Origin: Burkholderiales bacterium | GTDB taxonomy: Bacteria > Pseudomonadota > Gammaproteobacteria > Burkholderiales > SG8-41 | Direction of reading: 5' to 3' | Length of the DNA: 40,512 bases | Assembly (NCBI GenBank): GCA_040081205.1 | Contig: JBEBHE010000003.1 | Location: 1 to 40,512 of the forward strand | Part shown: piece by piece, positions 19,699 through 30,348 of the stretch | How positions within the stretch are numbered: the first letter of the stretch is position 1 | How the letters are laid out: the number at the start of each line of letters is the position of its first letter | Notes under the pieces: model-generated | Told to the model about the DNA's origin: nothing | The model's input: the letters and a program-made list of their open reading frames with translations, nothing else | Database searches by the model: none | Position numbers and translations under genes: made by a program

Positions 19699-21114
19699 AT
19701 GACACTACGTAAACACTTGTTTTTAGTGTTATTTTTTTGCGGCGTTTTTCCCGTCACTGTGCACGCCCAACTGCCGCCGCCGGTGGCGCAAGCCCTCGCC
19801 CGTGCCGGCATCGCCGAAACCAGCGTCGGCGTGTACGTGCATGAAATCGGCGCGGCGGAACCCGTGGTTGCGCATCGCGCCGAACAACCGCTGAACCCGG
19901 CGTCGGTGATGAAACTCGTCACCACCTACGCCGGCCTCGAACTGCTCGGCCCTGCGCATCAGTGGAGCACCGACATTTACACCGAAGGTGTGATGCTGCA
20001 GGACGTGCTCGTCGGCAATCTCATCATCAAGGGCGGCGGCGACCCGAAATTCACTATTGAAAATTTCTGGATGCTGCTTCGCGCCTTGCGCGCCAAAGGC
20101 GTGCGCGAAATTCGCGGCGACGTATTACTGGATCGCGGCCTGTTCACCACCGATCATCCGGATTCGGGCCGTTTCGATGGCGAGCCGACACAGCCGTACA
20201 ACACCACGCCTGACGCGTTGCTCACCAATTTCAAAACGTTTACGCTGACCTTTGCGCCCGAAGCCGATGGGCGCGGCGTGCGCATCGCGGTTGATCCGCC
20301 GCTGCCGCAAATCCAGATTGTCAACAACCTCACACTCGGTGACGGTGCGTGCGGCAACTGGCTGGCACGGATCAAAACCCAAGTGCAGGACACCGGCGAT
20401 ATCGCGCGGCTGACGTTTGCCGGCCCTTACGCACGCCAGTGCGCCGAACAAAGCAACTATTACAGCGTGCTCGGCCACCGCGAGTATGTCGCCGGATTGT
20501 TTCAGCACTTGTGGCGCGACCTTGGCGGCGTGTTCAACGGTCGCGTGCGTGACGGCGATGCCAATGCCAATTCGGTCAAGCTGGTCAGCCAACGCTCGCT
20601 CGCGTTGTCGGAAATCGTGCGCGACATCAACAAATTCAGCAATAACGTGATGGCGCGGCAATTGTTGCTCAGCATCGGCTCGGCAACTGGCGCAGCAGCA
20701 ACACCCGACCGCGCCGGCCGCGCCGTGCAGCAATTCTTTGCCAGCCGCGGCCTGCCGATGCCGCAACTGGTGATCGAAAACGGCTCCGGGCTGTCGCGCA
20801 TCGAACGCGTCAGCGCACGCGATCTCGGGCAAATGCTGCAAGCCGCGTTTCGCAGCCCGGTGATGCCGGAGTTCATCGCGTCGATGCCGCTGGTCGGCGT
20901 GGACGGCACCATGTACCGGCGGCTAACCAACAGCGGCGTTGCTGGGCAGGCGCACATCAAAACCGGTTTAATCGCCGGCGTGCGCGCCATGGCAGGTTAC
21001 GTGCTGGATGCCAAGGGGCGGCGCGTGGCGGTGGTGATGCTCATCAACCACGCGAACTCGTTCAACGGCAATGCGGTGCAGGATGCGTTGTTGCGGTGGG
21101 TGCATGGGCGGTAG
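19699..21114 (+). CDS. dacB: D-Ala-D-Ala carboxypeptidase/endopeptidase PBP4
   Basis: PASVMK (SxxK), SNN, GSGLSR, KTG; signal peptide. Confidence 0.95.
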   Translation: MTLRKHLFLVLFFCGVFPVTVHAQLPPPVAQALARAGIAETSVGVYVHEIGAAEPVVAHRAEQPLNPASVMKLVTTYAGLELLGPAHQWSTDIYTEGVMLQDVLVGNLIIKGGGDPKFTIENFWMLLRALRAKGVREIRGDVLLDRGLFTTDHPDSGRFDGEPTQPYNTTPDALLTNFKTFTLTFAPEADGRGVRIAVDPPLPQIQIVNNLTLGDGACGNWLARIKTQVQDTGDIARLTFAGPYARQCAEQSNYYSVLGHREYVAGLFQHLWRDLGGVFNGRVRDGDANANSVKLVSQRSLALSEIVRDINKFSNNVMARQLLLSIGSATGAAATPDRAGRAVQQFFASRGLPMPQLVIENGSGLSRIERVSARDLGQMLQAAFRSPVMPEFIASMPLVGVDGTMYRRLTNSGVAGQAHIKTGLIAGVRAMAGYVLDAKGRRVAVVMLINHANSFNGNAVQDALLRWVHGR

Positions 21115-21199
21115 GCACTGCCGCAATTATCTGGAACAACACTCAGCCGCGTGATTCCGTCACCGAGGCCAAGAAGCCGCTGCCATTCAACACGCAGCG

Positions 21200-21787
21200 T
21201 TATTTTAATTCTTTCGCGCCTGCTATCTGCGCTTTCAGCTTTCTCAACACGTCCTCTGCTGCACGCCTTCCCGACAGGCCGAAGTCTCCCGTCCCTGAGA
21301 ATTCTGAAAATGTTGCTCTGCCATTTCCCATTGTGAGGTTCTTGTAAACCTGTGTACCCGTGATGTCCTGAACGTAATACTCGATCGTTATTGAAAACTG
21401 CGTGGGTGGCCACGTAAGCACTCCGTCCGACGAGGACGACGCGGTAATTTTAGGAACAAGCACCAGTGACACATTGTTTTTAGTGAGCGTCGGCGCATCG
21501 TTAATTTTTCTTACCAAAGTAACGCGGGAAAATACTGTGCTTAGTGCCTGAAAAATTCCCGCCTCAAGATCGCGGTAAAGGAAATAACTGACCAAGTCCC
21601 CGCCACCTCCTGGAGTAGTAACCTCCCGATCCCGGTCTTCCTGGCTAATAACGTAAGCCACGCTTTTCTGAATACTGGCGCCGGCACTATCGGAAAGCTC
21701 TGCCTTCGGCGCTATATTAATCGGATGCGCGCAGGCACCTACCAGCGCTACGGTCAATATGACACAAAGTCTGCCAAGCATTTTCAT
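21200..21787 (-). CDS. Putative lipoprotein
   Basis: LVGAC lipobox; more AT-rich than neighbours. Confidence 0.8.
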   Translation of the reverse strand: MKMLGRLCVILTVALVGACAHPINIAPKAELSDSAGASIQKSVAYVISQEDRDREVTTPGGGGDLVSYFLYRDLEAGIFQALSTVFSRVTLVRKINDAPTLTKNNVSLVLVPKITASSSSDGVLTWPPTQFSITIEYYVQDITGTQVYKNLTMGNGRATFSEFSGTGDFGLSGRRAAEDVLRKLKAQIAGAKELK

Positions 21788-21798
21788 CGGGGCCCCCT

Positions 21799-22350
21799 CT
21801 ATTTAAGCGCAGCGATGAATTCCTTGTCGGCGTACAAGGCGGATAAAAACTTTTGGACGAGATTAGGATAGGCCTGCACACCACGTGGTATGGCAACCGC
21901 ACCCGCAAATGACGATTCAAAAGTAATCGTCACTGATTTCGTTTTATCGAATCGAATCTGGCTGTCGCGCTTTACGGTAATGCGCGCTTCCATAATCCCG
22001 GTGCCCTCGCTAATGCTTCCCACGCTAACATCGTTTTGTATCAAAACACCGCCTATTTCGATGGTGGATTTATCATCGAAAATCCGTGCTATGTTCAACT
22101 CGGACCGGATGGCATCCTCCAAATACTCTGTGAACTTTCCGCCCACCGGGGACGCCATCGATGATCCGCGTAGTGAAATAGCTTCGTTGTTTGCGGTCTT
22201 CGGGTCGGCCTGAAATTTACCAACGCGCGCCTTGTTAATACCTGAATCACGGAGCATCTGCGCGTTCTCGACGGACGCCGAGTAATTTGGCGCCGTTAAC
22301 GCGCATCCCGAAATCACAGCAAAAACCAAAATTGCAAGCAAAGCGCGCAT
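21799..22350 (-). CDS. Putative lipoprotein
   Basis: MRALLAILVFAVISGC lipobox, RBS GGAGG; more AT-rich than neighbours. Confidence 0.8.
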   Translation of the reverse strand: MRALLAILVFAVISGCALTAPNYSASVENAQMLRDSGINKARVGKFQADPKTANNEAISLRGSSMASPVGGKFTEYLEDAIRSELNIARIFDDKSTIEIGGVLIQNDVSVGSISEGTGIMEARITVKRDSQIRFDKTKSVTITFESSFAGAVAIPRGVQAYPNLVQKFLSALYADKEFIAALK

Positions 22351-22408
22351 CACAAGGCCTCCTGTGTAATCAAAAATTTTGTTAAGCAATACGCTCAACG
22401 GATTCACA

Positions 22409-23887
22409 TCATAGTTTCAATTTTTTCCACAGTACATCTATTCGCTCTTTCACCGCCTGATCCATCGCTATCGGAGTACCCCAGCGCCGATCCGTTTCCG
22501 CAGACCACTTGTTGGTGGCATCGATACCCATCTTCGAACCCAGGCCCGCTACCGGACTGGCGAAATCGAGGTAGTCAATCGGCGTTGCGTCCGCGATCAG
22601 CGTGTCGCGCCGCGGATCGACGCGCGTGGTGAGCGCCCAGATCACTTCTTTCCAGTCGCGCACGTTGACATCGTCGTCGGTGACAATGATGAACTTGGTG
22701 TACATGAATTGCCGCAAAAAACTCCAGATGCCGAACATCACGCGTTTGGCGTGACCGGCGTATTGTTTTTTGATGCTGACGCAGGCGATGCGGTACGAGC
22801 AGCCTTCGGGCGGCAGGTGAAAATCGACGATTTCCGGAAACTGCTTTTTCAGCAACGGCACGAACACTTCGTTCAGCGCCACGCCGAGCATTGCCGGTTC
22901 GTCGGGCGGTTTGCCGGTGTAGGTGCTGTGGTAGATCGCGTCGCGCCGCTGCGTGATGCGTTCGATGGTGAACACCGGAAATTTTTCCTGCTCGTTGTAG
23001 TAGCCGGTGTGGTCGCCAAACGGGCCTTCGAGCGCGGTCTCGCCGGGGTAAATGAATCCTTCGAGAACAATCTCCGCGCTGGCCGGCACCTGCAAGTTGT
23101 GCGATAGGCACTTCACGATTTCGGTTTTTTCGCCGCGCAGCAAGCCCGCGAACTGATATTCACTCAGACTATCCGGCACCGGCGTCACGGCGCCCAGCAC
23201 GGTGGCCGGATCAGCGCCCAGCGCCACCGCTATCGGGTACGGTTCGCGCGGATTTGCCAGCGAGTGATCGCGAAAATCCAGTGCGCCGCCGCGATGATCG
23301 AGCCAGCGCATAATGACTTTGTTTTTGGCGATAACCTGCTGGCGATAGATGCCAAGATTCTGGCGTGGCTTGTGCGGCCCCCGTGTGACCGTCAGTCCCC
23401 AGGTAATCAGCGGCGCCACATCGCCCGGCCAGCAGGTTTGTATCGGCAGACGCGCGAGATCCACGCCGGCGCCTTCAAAAATGATTTCCTGACACGGCGC
23501 ATTCGACACCACACGCGGCGTCATGGTCATGATTTGTTTCAGCAGCGGCAGTTTGTCCCATGCGTCACGCAGACCCTTGGGCGGCTCCGGTTCCTTGAGA
23601 TACGCCAGCGTTTCACCGATTTCACGCAAGCGTGCAAGCGGGTCTTCATCCGGAGACGCGCCCATGGCGAGCGCCACGCGCTTCACGCTGCCGAACAGAT
23701 TACCCAGCACTGGCATGGTGTAACCCTTCGGCTGTTCAAACAGCAACGCAGGCCCGCCCGCCTTCAACACGCGGTCGCAAATTTCGGTCATTTCCAACCG
23801 GGGATCGACCTCAGCACCGACACGCTTCAATTCACCCAGCGACTCGAGTTGTGCGATAAAATCACGCAAGCATTTGTTTTTATTCAT
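22409..23887 (-). CDS. ubiD: 4-hydroxy-3-polyprenylbenzoate decarboxylase
   Basis: [50 protein letters not shown]. Confidence 0.97.
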   Translation of the reverse strand: MNKNKCLRDFIAQLESLGELKRVGAEVDPRLEMTEICDRVLKAGGPALLFEQPKGYTMPVLGNLFGSVKRVALAMGASPDEDPLARLREIGETLAYLKEPEPPKGLRDAWDKLPLLKQIMTMTPRVVSNAPCQEIIFEGAGVDLARLPIQTCWPGDVAPLITWGLTVTRGPHKPRQNLGIYRQQVIAKNKVIMRWLDHRGGALDFRDHSLANPREPYPIAVALGADPATVLGAVTPVPDSLSEYQFAGLLRGEKTEIVKCLSHNLQVPASAEIVLEGFIYPGETALEGPFGDHTGYYNEQEKFPVFTIERITQRRDAIYHSTYTGKPPDEPAMLGVALNEVFVPLLKKQFPEIVDFHLPPEGCSYRIACVSIKKQYAGHAKRVMFGIWSFLRQFMYTKFIIVTDDDVNVRDWKEVIWALTTRVDPRRDTLIADATPIDYLDFASPVAGLGSKMGIDATNKWSAETDRRWGTPIAMDQAVKERIDVLWKKLKL

Positions 23888-24230
23888 TATTTTTATGGCC
23901 CGTTTTCCGTCCATACGCCACTTCCGGCTCAGGCAAATCGATATTCACCATGATCGCGGAAAAACTTTTGCCATGCGGGTCGCTCGACAGTGACGTCGTG
24001 ACGCCGCCAGCCAATGCGTCGTGCAATACAAAATTCAGCGCACCGATATTCGGTAATTCGTAGCGCTCGATTTTGCCTTTGACCCGATTACCGTATGCGC
24101 CGCGCACGCGCTCGATAGTCACCTGATCCTGCAACAGACGGAAATCGCGCTCGTCGTACGCAATCACGGAAACATTCAGCGTATTGCCTTTGTCACCGGC
24201 GCGACAGTGCGCGATTTCGCGCAGCTTCAC
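23880..24230 (-). CDS. AtuA-related small protein
   Basis: [14 protein letters not shown]...[12 protein letters not shown]...DPHGKS. Confidence 0.85.
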   Translation of the reverse strand: MKLREIAHCRAGDKGNTLNVSVIAYDERDFRLLQDQVTIERVRGAYGNRVKGKIERYELPNIGALNFVLHDALAGGVTTSLSSDPHGKSFSAIMVNIDLPEPEVAYGRKTGHKNNE

Positions 24231-25606
24231 AGCGACAACACCCGCACTTCGGTTTTCACCTCGCTGCGATCCAACAAAATCGAGCGCACGCCGATCACTT
24301 CTTTCACCTGCATGAAATCACTCGCCCCGCCGTACGGGCCGTTGGTGTAAAGCGTCTGCACTTCTTCGCCGACGGCGGCTGCGTCTGATTTATTTTGAGA
24401 ACGTCCGCTGACGCGCAGGCGAACCTCGTAGGGTTCTGCCGCGTCGTTATGCGACGCCTCTGCGTGCAGCGACGAATGCCCGATCAAATCGACGCGCAAT
24501 TCTTCGAGACTGATTTTACGCAACGCCAGGCGTTCGCGCACAATGTCGCCCGCGAGCTTGGCGCGATCGAGCGCGCCCGGCCCGGCATACGCCATGTGAC
24601 CTTCGCCGACGTAACCGGCGCGGTAGCCCACGCTGACTTTGTAGGTACCGGTGCGCGGCGCGGCCTGCCCGCCCTTGAAAACGACATCGCAGGCCGCCTC
24701 GCTTTCGCTCTGGCTGAATTTGACGGCGGTGAAATCTGCCACGCAATCCGGCGTGACATAGCGTGACGGATCATGCACTTCATACAGCAGTTGTTCCTTG
24801 CACGTGGCGAGCGTGACCGCGCCGCCGCTGCCCTCGGGCTTGGTGATAAATGCCGCGCCATCCGACCGCATTTCACAAATCGGAAAGCCCAGCCGCGCAA
24901 GACCCGCGACATCCTTGTAACCGGGATCGGCGAAATACCCGCCCGTGATCTGCCCTGCGCATTCCATCAGATGCCCGGCTACTGTCGCCTGTCCGAGTTT
25001 AGTGTAGTCATCATCGCGCCACTGCAATCCGTCGAGCATGCAGCCGACAAACAGCGACGGATCGGCCACGCGCCCGGTAATCACCACGTTCGCGCCGGAC
25101 GCCAGCCCCGCCGCCACCGCATCCGCGCCCAGATACGCATTGGCAGACACCATCATGGGTTTGATCGTGTCCAAAGGTTCGCCGTCTTCCATCAGAAGCA
25201 CGTTGATGCCCCGCACCAGTTCCGTAACATCATCGCCCAGCACCACGGCCACGGTGAGACTGCCCATGCCCAGTTCGCGCGCCACGCGCAGCACCGCTTC
25301 GCCTGCCGCCAGCGGATTCGCCGCCCCCATGTTGCTGACGATACGCACGCCACGCGCCATCGCCGGTTTAAGCACGAGCCGCAGGCGCGCTTCCAGCATC
25401 GGGTTATAGCCGCGCGCGGGATCGCGCAATTTTTCGAGCTGGCCCAGCGCTATGGTGCGCTCGGCAAGCGTTTCATAGACGAGGTAATCGATGGCGCCGC
25501 GTTCAACACATTCGAGCGCAGGCTCCCAACGGTCGCCAGCGTAGCCCGCGCCGCAACCGATGCGCACACTGGTTACGATAGACTTATTCGGGCTGGATGC
25601 CGGCAT
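24227..25606 (-). CDS. Acyclic terpene utilisation AtuA family (DUF1446)
   Basis: RIGCGAGYAGDR, ETLAERT, ANAYLG, GRVADPS, GHLMEC, EQLLYE; start uncertain. Confidence 0.9.
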   Translation of the reverse strand: MPASSPNKSIVTSVRIGCGAGYAGDRWEPALECVERGAIDYLVYETLAERTIALGQLEKLRDPARGYNPMLEARLRLVLKPAMARGVRIVSNMGAANPLAAGEAVLRVARELGMGSLTVAVVLGDDVTELVRGINVLLMEDGEPLDTIKPMMVSANAYLGADAVAAGLASGANVVITGRVADPSLFVGCMLDGLQWRDDDYTKLGQATVAGHLMECAGQITGGYFADPGYKDVAGLARLGFPICEMRSDGAAFITKPEGSGGAVTLATCKEQLLYEVHDPSRYVTPDCVADFTAVKFSQSESEAACDVVFKGGQAAPRTGTYKVSVGYRAGYVGEGHMAYAGPGALDRAKLAGDIVRERLALRKISLEELRVDLIGHSSLHAEASHNDAAEPYEVRLRVSGRSQNKSDAAAVGEEVQTLYTNGPYGGASDFMQVKEVIGVRSILLDRSEVKTEVRVLSL

Positions 25607-26543
25607 CCTTGATCGCCTTGGCCCACTTCACGGTTTCGACGCGCGTGCGTTCAGCGAGTTGCGCCGGCGTGTGCGGGCTGGTTTCAACACCGAATGCTAT
25701 CAGCCGGTCTTTGACATCCTTGCTGTTGGCGGATTGATTGAGTGCAGTGTTGAGGCGATCGATCACCGCTTGCGGCGTGTTGCGCGGCGCGTAAGCGGCA
25801 AACCACGCGATCAGCTCGTAACCTTTCAGTCCGCCCGCTTCTTCGACCGTCGGCAGATCAATCAGCGCTGTGCGCTTGATTGATGTCACCGCCAAGCCAC
25901 GCACCTTGCCCGCCTTCACCTGCGGCATGGTCACCGCCAGATCCGCAGTGAACATCATTACCTGCCCTGCAATCAAATCGCTGATGGCATGCGGCGAGCT
26001 TTTGTACGGCACCATCGTCAGTTTGATGCCTGCCATGTTGGCGAACATCTCCGTGGACACGCGCTGCGAGGTGCTGGCGGAAGCGTAGAGGAACTCACCG
26101 GGTTTGGCTTTCGCCAACGCGATCATTTCTTTCAGGTTTTTTGCGGGCAGGCTGTTGTTCACCGCCACGATCAACGGCACCGAACCGAGAAACGCAATCG
26201 GCATAAAGTCTTTTTCCTGATCGTACGGCAGCTTTTTGTACAGACTCACCAGCGCAGCATTGGTGCTGTTGGTGCCGCACAAAATCGTATATCCGTCCGG
26301 CGCGGCTTTCGCCACGGCTTCGGCGCCGATCAAACCGTTGGCGCCGGGCCGGTTATCAACCAGCCCCGATTGCCCGATCTGCTCATTAAATTTTTGCGTG
26401 TAGCTGCGCGCCACGGTGTCGGTGGCGCTGCCGGCAGCGAATGGCACGACCACGCGTATCGGCTTCGCAGGATAATTTTGCGCCAGCGCGCCGGTGGCGA
26501 ATACCGCAGCAGACCCCGCCAGTATGAAGCAAGACAAACGCAT
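25584..26543 (-). CDS. Tripartite tricarboxylate transporter substrate-binding protein (Bug/TctC)
   Basis: AQNYPAKPIRVVVPFAAGSATD, NRPGANG, PDGYT, VPYK. Confidence 0.95.
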   Translation of the reverse strand: MRLSCFILAGSAAVFATGALAQNYPAKPIRVVVPFAAGSATDTVARSYTQKFNEQIGQSGLVDNRPGANGLIGAEAVAKAAPDGYTILCGTNSTNAALVSLYKKLPYDQEKDFMPIAFLGSVPLIVAVNNSLPAKNLKEMIALAKAKPGEFLYASASTSQRVSTEMFANMAGIKLTMVPYKSSPHAISDLIAGQVMMFTADLAVTMPQVKAGKVRGLAVTSIKRTALIDLPTVEEAGGLKGYELIAWFAAYAPRNTPQAVIDRLNTALNQSANSKDVKDRLIAFGVETSPHTPAQLAERTRVETVKWAKAIKDAGIQPE

Positions 26544-26613
26544 GGATACTCCTTGATGATAAAAGCAGAACGAATGATATTAACCGTGGAACCCGAACCA
26601 CGTCGAGCGCGAA

Positions 26614-27552
26614 TCAAAGTCCCGGGAATTTGAAGAGAGGGAACCGGAAATAGTAGTCGAGCGCGAGGCCTGCAAACACTGCGGCGCCCACCCAGTTGTT
26701 ATTCATAAATGCCCTGAAACAACCGTCGCGGTCGCGCGTCTTTATGAGCTGAAACTGATAAGCGATCAGCGCCGTCGCGAGCGCAAGCCCCACAAAATAC
26801 ACCACGCCCAGCTTCTGCCACACGCCTACGCCCGCCATGACGGCGACAAACAGTCCCTGGAACAGCATTACCGCTGCCACATCAAACACGCCGAACAGCA
26901 ACGCCGATGATTTGAGATTCATTTTCATGTCGTCGTCGCGATCCACCATCGCATACTCGGTGTCGTAGGCAATCGCCCAAAATATGTTCGCGGCCAGCAG
27001 CGCCCACGCCAGCGGCGGAACATTGTTCTGGTAGGCGGCAAACGCCATGGGGATCGAAAATCCAAACGCGATGCCCAGATACGCCTGCGGCAACGGGAAA
27101 AACCGCTTGGTAAATGGATAGGTAGCAGCCAGAAACAGCGCGGCAAATGATAGTGCAATCGTCAATTTGTTGAGAAACAACACCAGCCCGAACGCGAATG
27201 CCGCCAGTACGGCGGCAAGTACTAAGGCTTCGTTGGGACTGATCAAACGCGCCGCCAGCGGCCGTCCGGCAGTACGCTTCACTTGCGGATCAATGTCGCG
27301 GTCGGCGTAATCGTTGATGACACAACCCGCGCTGCGCATCAGCACGGTGCCAACCATAAAAATCAACACGATCTCCATGCGCTGATAAAGCGGCGAGGCA
27401 AACCATAGCCCCCATAGCGCCGGCCACAGCAACAGCAATATACCAATGGGTTTGTCGAGCCGCATCAGCTTTTCGTACGCGTCGAGCCGTTCCTTGAACG
27501 TCAACTTTCGCGTCAGTTTTTGCACCGGCTCTTGTGTCTGTTCTTGCGTCAT
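26614..27552 (-). CDS. ubiA: 4-hydroxybenzoate polyprenyltransferase
   Basis: LMRLDKPIG, MRSAGCVINDYADRDID, YDTEYAMVDRDDD. Confidence 0.97.
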   Translation of the reverse strand: MTQEQTQEPVQKLTRKLTFKERLDAYEKLMRLDKPIGILLLLWPALWGLWFASPLYQRMEIVLIFMVGTVLMRSAGCVINDYADRDIDPQVKRTAGRPLAARLISPNEALVLAAVLAAFAFGLVLFLNKLTIALSFAALFLAATYPFTKRFFPLPQAYLGIAFGFSIPMAFAAYQNNVPPLAWALLAANIFWAIAYDTEYAMVDRDDDMKMNLKSSALLFGVFDVAAVMLFQGLFVAVMAGVGVWQKLGVVYFVGLALATALIAYQFQLIKTRDRDGCFRAFMNNNWVGAAVFAGLALDYYFRFPLFKFPGL

Positions 27553-28094
27553 AACGTGAGCACTCCTGGCAAGAAAACTTCGGTCACCAGTATAGGCGAT
27601 TTACCGACGATAAACAGCGAACGCCGGGCCCACGGTGTACCACCGGGCATCGCGACGCGCGACGCGCGTCGATACAACTCGTGGCCACGTCCCAACTTGC
27701 GCTGTCGCAGCATCAGCCGCCGGATGCGTGGATCGGTAAACAGCGCAGCACCCAATGGCCGCGACCCCATGCCCTGCATCAACCGCCAGCCCGCGCCACG
27801 CTCGCCCGGCGCGAGCACGCTGTGGGCATACACCACCGGCATCGCGCCACAGTAGAGAACGACATCTCGCGTCAATACCCGTGCACCGCCTATGCCGCCT
27901 GCACTACCGCGCGCCAGAAATTGTTCATCTTTATGCAAGCGGCGGCGCCCTTGAAAAATTACTTTGACTTTCATCCCCGGCGAACGCGCTTCGATGCGCC
28001 GCGTCAGTGAGCCGCGATCGGTGAGCCACTGGTGTAATTTTGCCGCCGCGCAGGGCGTGCGCTGCCAACAAGTGTCTCTTGGAATGTTTGTCAC
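27549..28094 (-). CDS. ubiC: Chorismate-pyruvate lyase
   Basis: WLTDRGSLT, RPLGAALF, WARRS, LVTEVFLP. Confidence 0.93.
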   Translation of the reverse strand: MTNIPRDTCWQRTPCAAAKLHQWLTDRGSLTRRIEARSPGMKVKVIFQGRRRLHKDEQFLARGSAGGIGGARVLTRDVVLYCGAMPVVYAHSVLAPGERGAGWRLMQGMGSRPLGAALFTDPRIRRLMLRQRKLGRGHELYRRASRVAMPGGTPWARRSLFIVGKSPILVTEVFLPGVLTL

Positions 28095-28149
28095 GTGCGA
28101 TATTTTTTCTTCCTCCGATTATCGCAGAGTTTTTGCGGAAATCGGAACC

Positions 28150-30333
28150 TCAAACTTTGAGAAACTCCCCGCGCGCGCCCAGCCAGCGATGAAGATGCGC
28201 GCGCGCCGCCTGCGGGTTTTCAGCGAGCAGTGTCGCGGCTGCATCGCGCGCGGCATCCAGCAAATCCACATCCGCGCTCAAGTCGGCAAAGCGCAGCAGC
28301 GGTACGCCGCTCTGCCGCGCGCCGAGCAGCTCGCCGGGGCCGCGCATGCGCAAATCGTGACGCGCCACTTCGAATCCGTCGGTATTTTCAAAAACGATTT
28401 TCAGCCGCTCGCGCGCCATCGGCGACAGCGGTGTGCGGTACAGCAAAATGCACGCACTCTGCGCCGCACCTCTTCCGACTCTTCCGCGCAGTTGATGCAG
28501 TTGCGCGAGCCCCATGCGCTCCGCGTTTTCAATCACCATGAGCGAGGCATTCGGCACATCAACGCCGACTTCGATCACGGTGGTCGCCACCAGCAACTGC
28601 ACTTCATTACGCTGGAACGCATGCATTACCGCAGATTTCTCGTCGCTCTTTAACCGCCCGTGTGCGAGGCCTACCTTGAGATCGGGAAATGCGGCGCTGA
28701 GCGTTTCGTAGGTTTCGAGCGCTGCTTTGAGTTGCAGCGCTTCCAGTCCAGCATGGCCCGGCTTGCGCAGTGGCTTCGGTTTTTTGGCATCGGGCGACTC
28801 GTCGGCGACTATTTCTTCAACCAGCGGGCACACCCAGTATGCCTGGCTGCCGGCCGCACACGCCTCACGCACGCGCGCAATCACTTCGTCGCGGCGCGTG
28901 TCCGACACAAGCTTCGTTATCACCGGCGTGCGGCCCGGCGGCAACTCGTCGATCACCGACACATCGAGATCGGCGTAATAACTCATCGCCAGCGTGCGCG
29001 GTATCGGCGTCGCGCTCATCATCAATTGATGTGGTTGCGCGCTGGCTTCCGGCTTACCGTCTTTGGCGTAAGTGCCCTTCAGGCGCAACGCGAGCCGCTG
29101 GCGCACGCCGAAGCGATGTTGTTCGTCGATGATCGCAAGGCCCAGATTATTGAACACCACATCGTCTTCAAACAGTGCATGCGTGCCGACGACAATCGGT
29201 GTTTTACCAGTAGCTATTTCTGCAAGTATTTGTTTTTTAATGGGGTTTTTTGTGCTGCCGGAAAGCCACGCGACCACGATACCGAGCGACGCCAGCCAGC
29301 CGGAAAACTTGCGATAGTGCTGCTCGGCGAGTATTTCCGTGGGCGCCATCAGCGCCACCTGATAGTTATTTTCCACGCACTGCAGCGCCGCAATCGCCGC
29401 CACCACAGTTTTGCCGCTACCGACATCGCCCTGCAACAGGCGTTGCATCGGATGCGGTTTCGACAGGTCTTCGCGTATCTGCGCCACCGCGCGTTGCTGC
29501 GCGTTCGTGAGTTCAAAGGGAAGCGCCTTCAATAAGCGGCTGACCAGCGTGCCTTTCGGTCGCAGCGCTGGCGCGCCCACGCCGCGCCGGCGCTGTTGAT
29601 GCACGCGCATGGAAAGCTGCTGCGCGAGCAACTCGTCAAACTTCATGCGCAGCCATGCCGGATGCGTGCGCGATTGCAGGTCTTGCTGTGAAACCTCGGG
29701 CGATGGGTTGTGTAAAAAAAATACGGCATCGCGAAACGTTGGAAAATGGTGTTGCTTTATCAGCGCATCCGGCAGTGTGTCTTCCAGTGTTTCGGATGCC
29801 AGCGCGCGCCCGATCAACTTGCGCAGCGTGTCCTGTCCCATGCCGGCGGTGGTCGGATACACCGGCGTCAGCGCCTCGGCTACCGGCAGGCCCTGCTCAA
29901 CGATACGATAACGCGGATGCACCATCTCCGCACCGAAGAACCCCTGGCGTATTTCGCCGAACGCGCGCACGCGGGCGCCCGGCGTAAAGTGCTTAACCTG
30001 ACTGCCATAGAAACTGAAAAAACGCAGCGTCACCACACCGCTGCCGTCTTCCAGGTGGCACACCAGCTGGCGGCGCGGGCGATACTTGATGTCGCATTCG
30101 ACCACCGTGGCTTCGATCAGCACATCGCGCGCGGCTGGCGCGTCCCTGATCGGATACAGATGCGTTTCGTCGTCGTAACGCAGCGGCAGGTGCAGCACCA
30201 GATCGAACTTGCTGGCGATATTGAGCTTTGCCAGCTTGTCGAGCGTGCCTTTGGAGAGACCCGCTAGAGATGCGTGAGGCGTTAGGCGTGAGGCGGCGTC
30301 TCGCTGGGTATTGGACTTCGCCTCACCCTTCAC
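28150..30333 (-). CDS. recG: ATP-dependent DNA helicase RecG
   Basis: HLPLRY, QGDVGSGKT, DEQHRFG, SATPIPR, QLRGRVGRG, RGPGE; start uncertain because a repeat overlaps it. Confidence 0.97.
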   Translation of the reverse strand: MKGEAKSNTQRDAASRLTPHASLAGLSKGTLDKLAKLNIASKFDLVLHLPLRYDDETHLYPIRDAPAARDVLIEATVVECDIKYRPRRQLVCHLEDGSGVVTLRFFSFYGSQVKHFTPGARVRAFGEIRQGFFGAEMVHPRYRIVEQGLPVAEALTPVYPTTAGMGQDTLRKLIGRALASETLEDTLPDALIKQHHFPTFRDAVFFLHNPSPEVSQQDLQSRTHPAWLRMKFDELLAQQLSMRVHQQRRRGVGAPALRPKGTLVSRLLKALPFELTNAQQRAVAQIREDLSKPHPMQRLLQGDVGSGKTVVAAIAALQCVENNYQVALMAPTEILAEQHYRKFSGWLASLGIVVAWLSGSTKNPIKKQILAEIATGKTPIVVGTHALFEDDVVFNNLGLAIIDEQHRFGVRQRLALRLKGTYAKDGKPEASAQPHQLMMSATPIPRTLAMSYYADLDVSVIDELPPGRTPVITKLVSDTRRDEVIARVREACAAGSQAYWVCPLVEEIVADESPDAKKPKPLRKPGHAGLEALQLKAALETYETLSAAFPDLKVGLAHGRLKSDEKSAVMHAFQRNEVQLLVATTVIEVGVDVPNASLMVIENAERMGLAQLHQLRGRVGRGAAQSACILLYRTPLSPMARERLKIVFENTDGFEVARHDLRMRGPGELLGARQSGVPLLRFADLSADVDLLDAARDAAATLLAENPQAARAHLHRWLGARGEFLKV

Positions 30334-30348
30334 GCCTCACGCCTCACG
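30273..30348. repeat. Inverted heptamer (CGTGAGG/CCTCACG) tandem-repeat hairpin
   Basis: CGTGAGG-CGTTAGG-CGTGAGG-CG (30273-30295) and CGCCTCAC-CCTTCAC-GCCTCAC-GCCTCACG (30319-30348). Confidence 0.85.
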
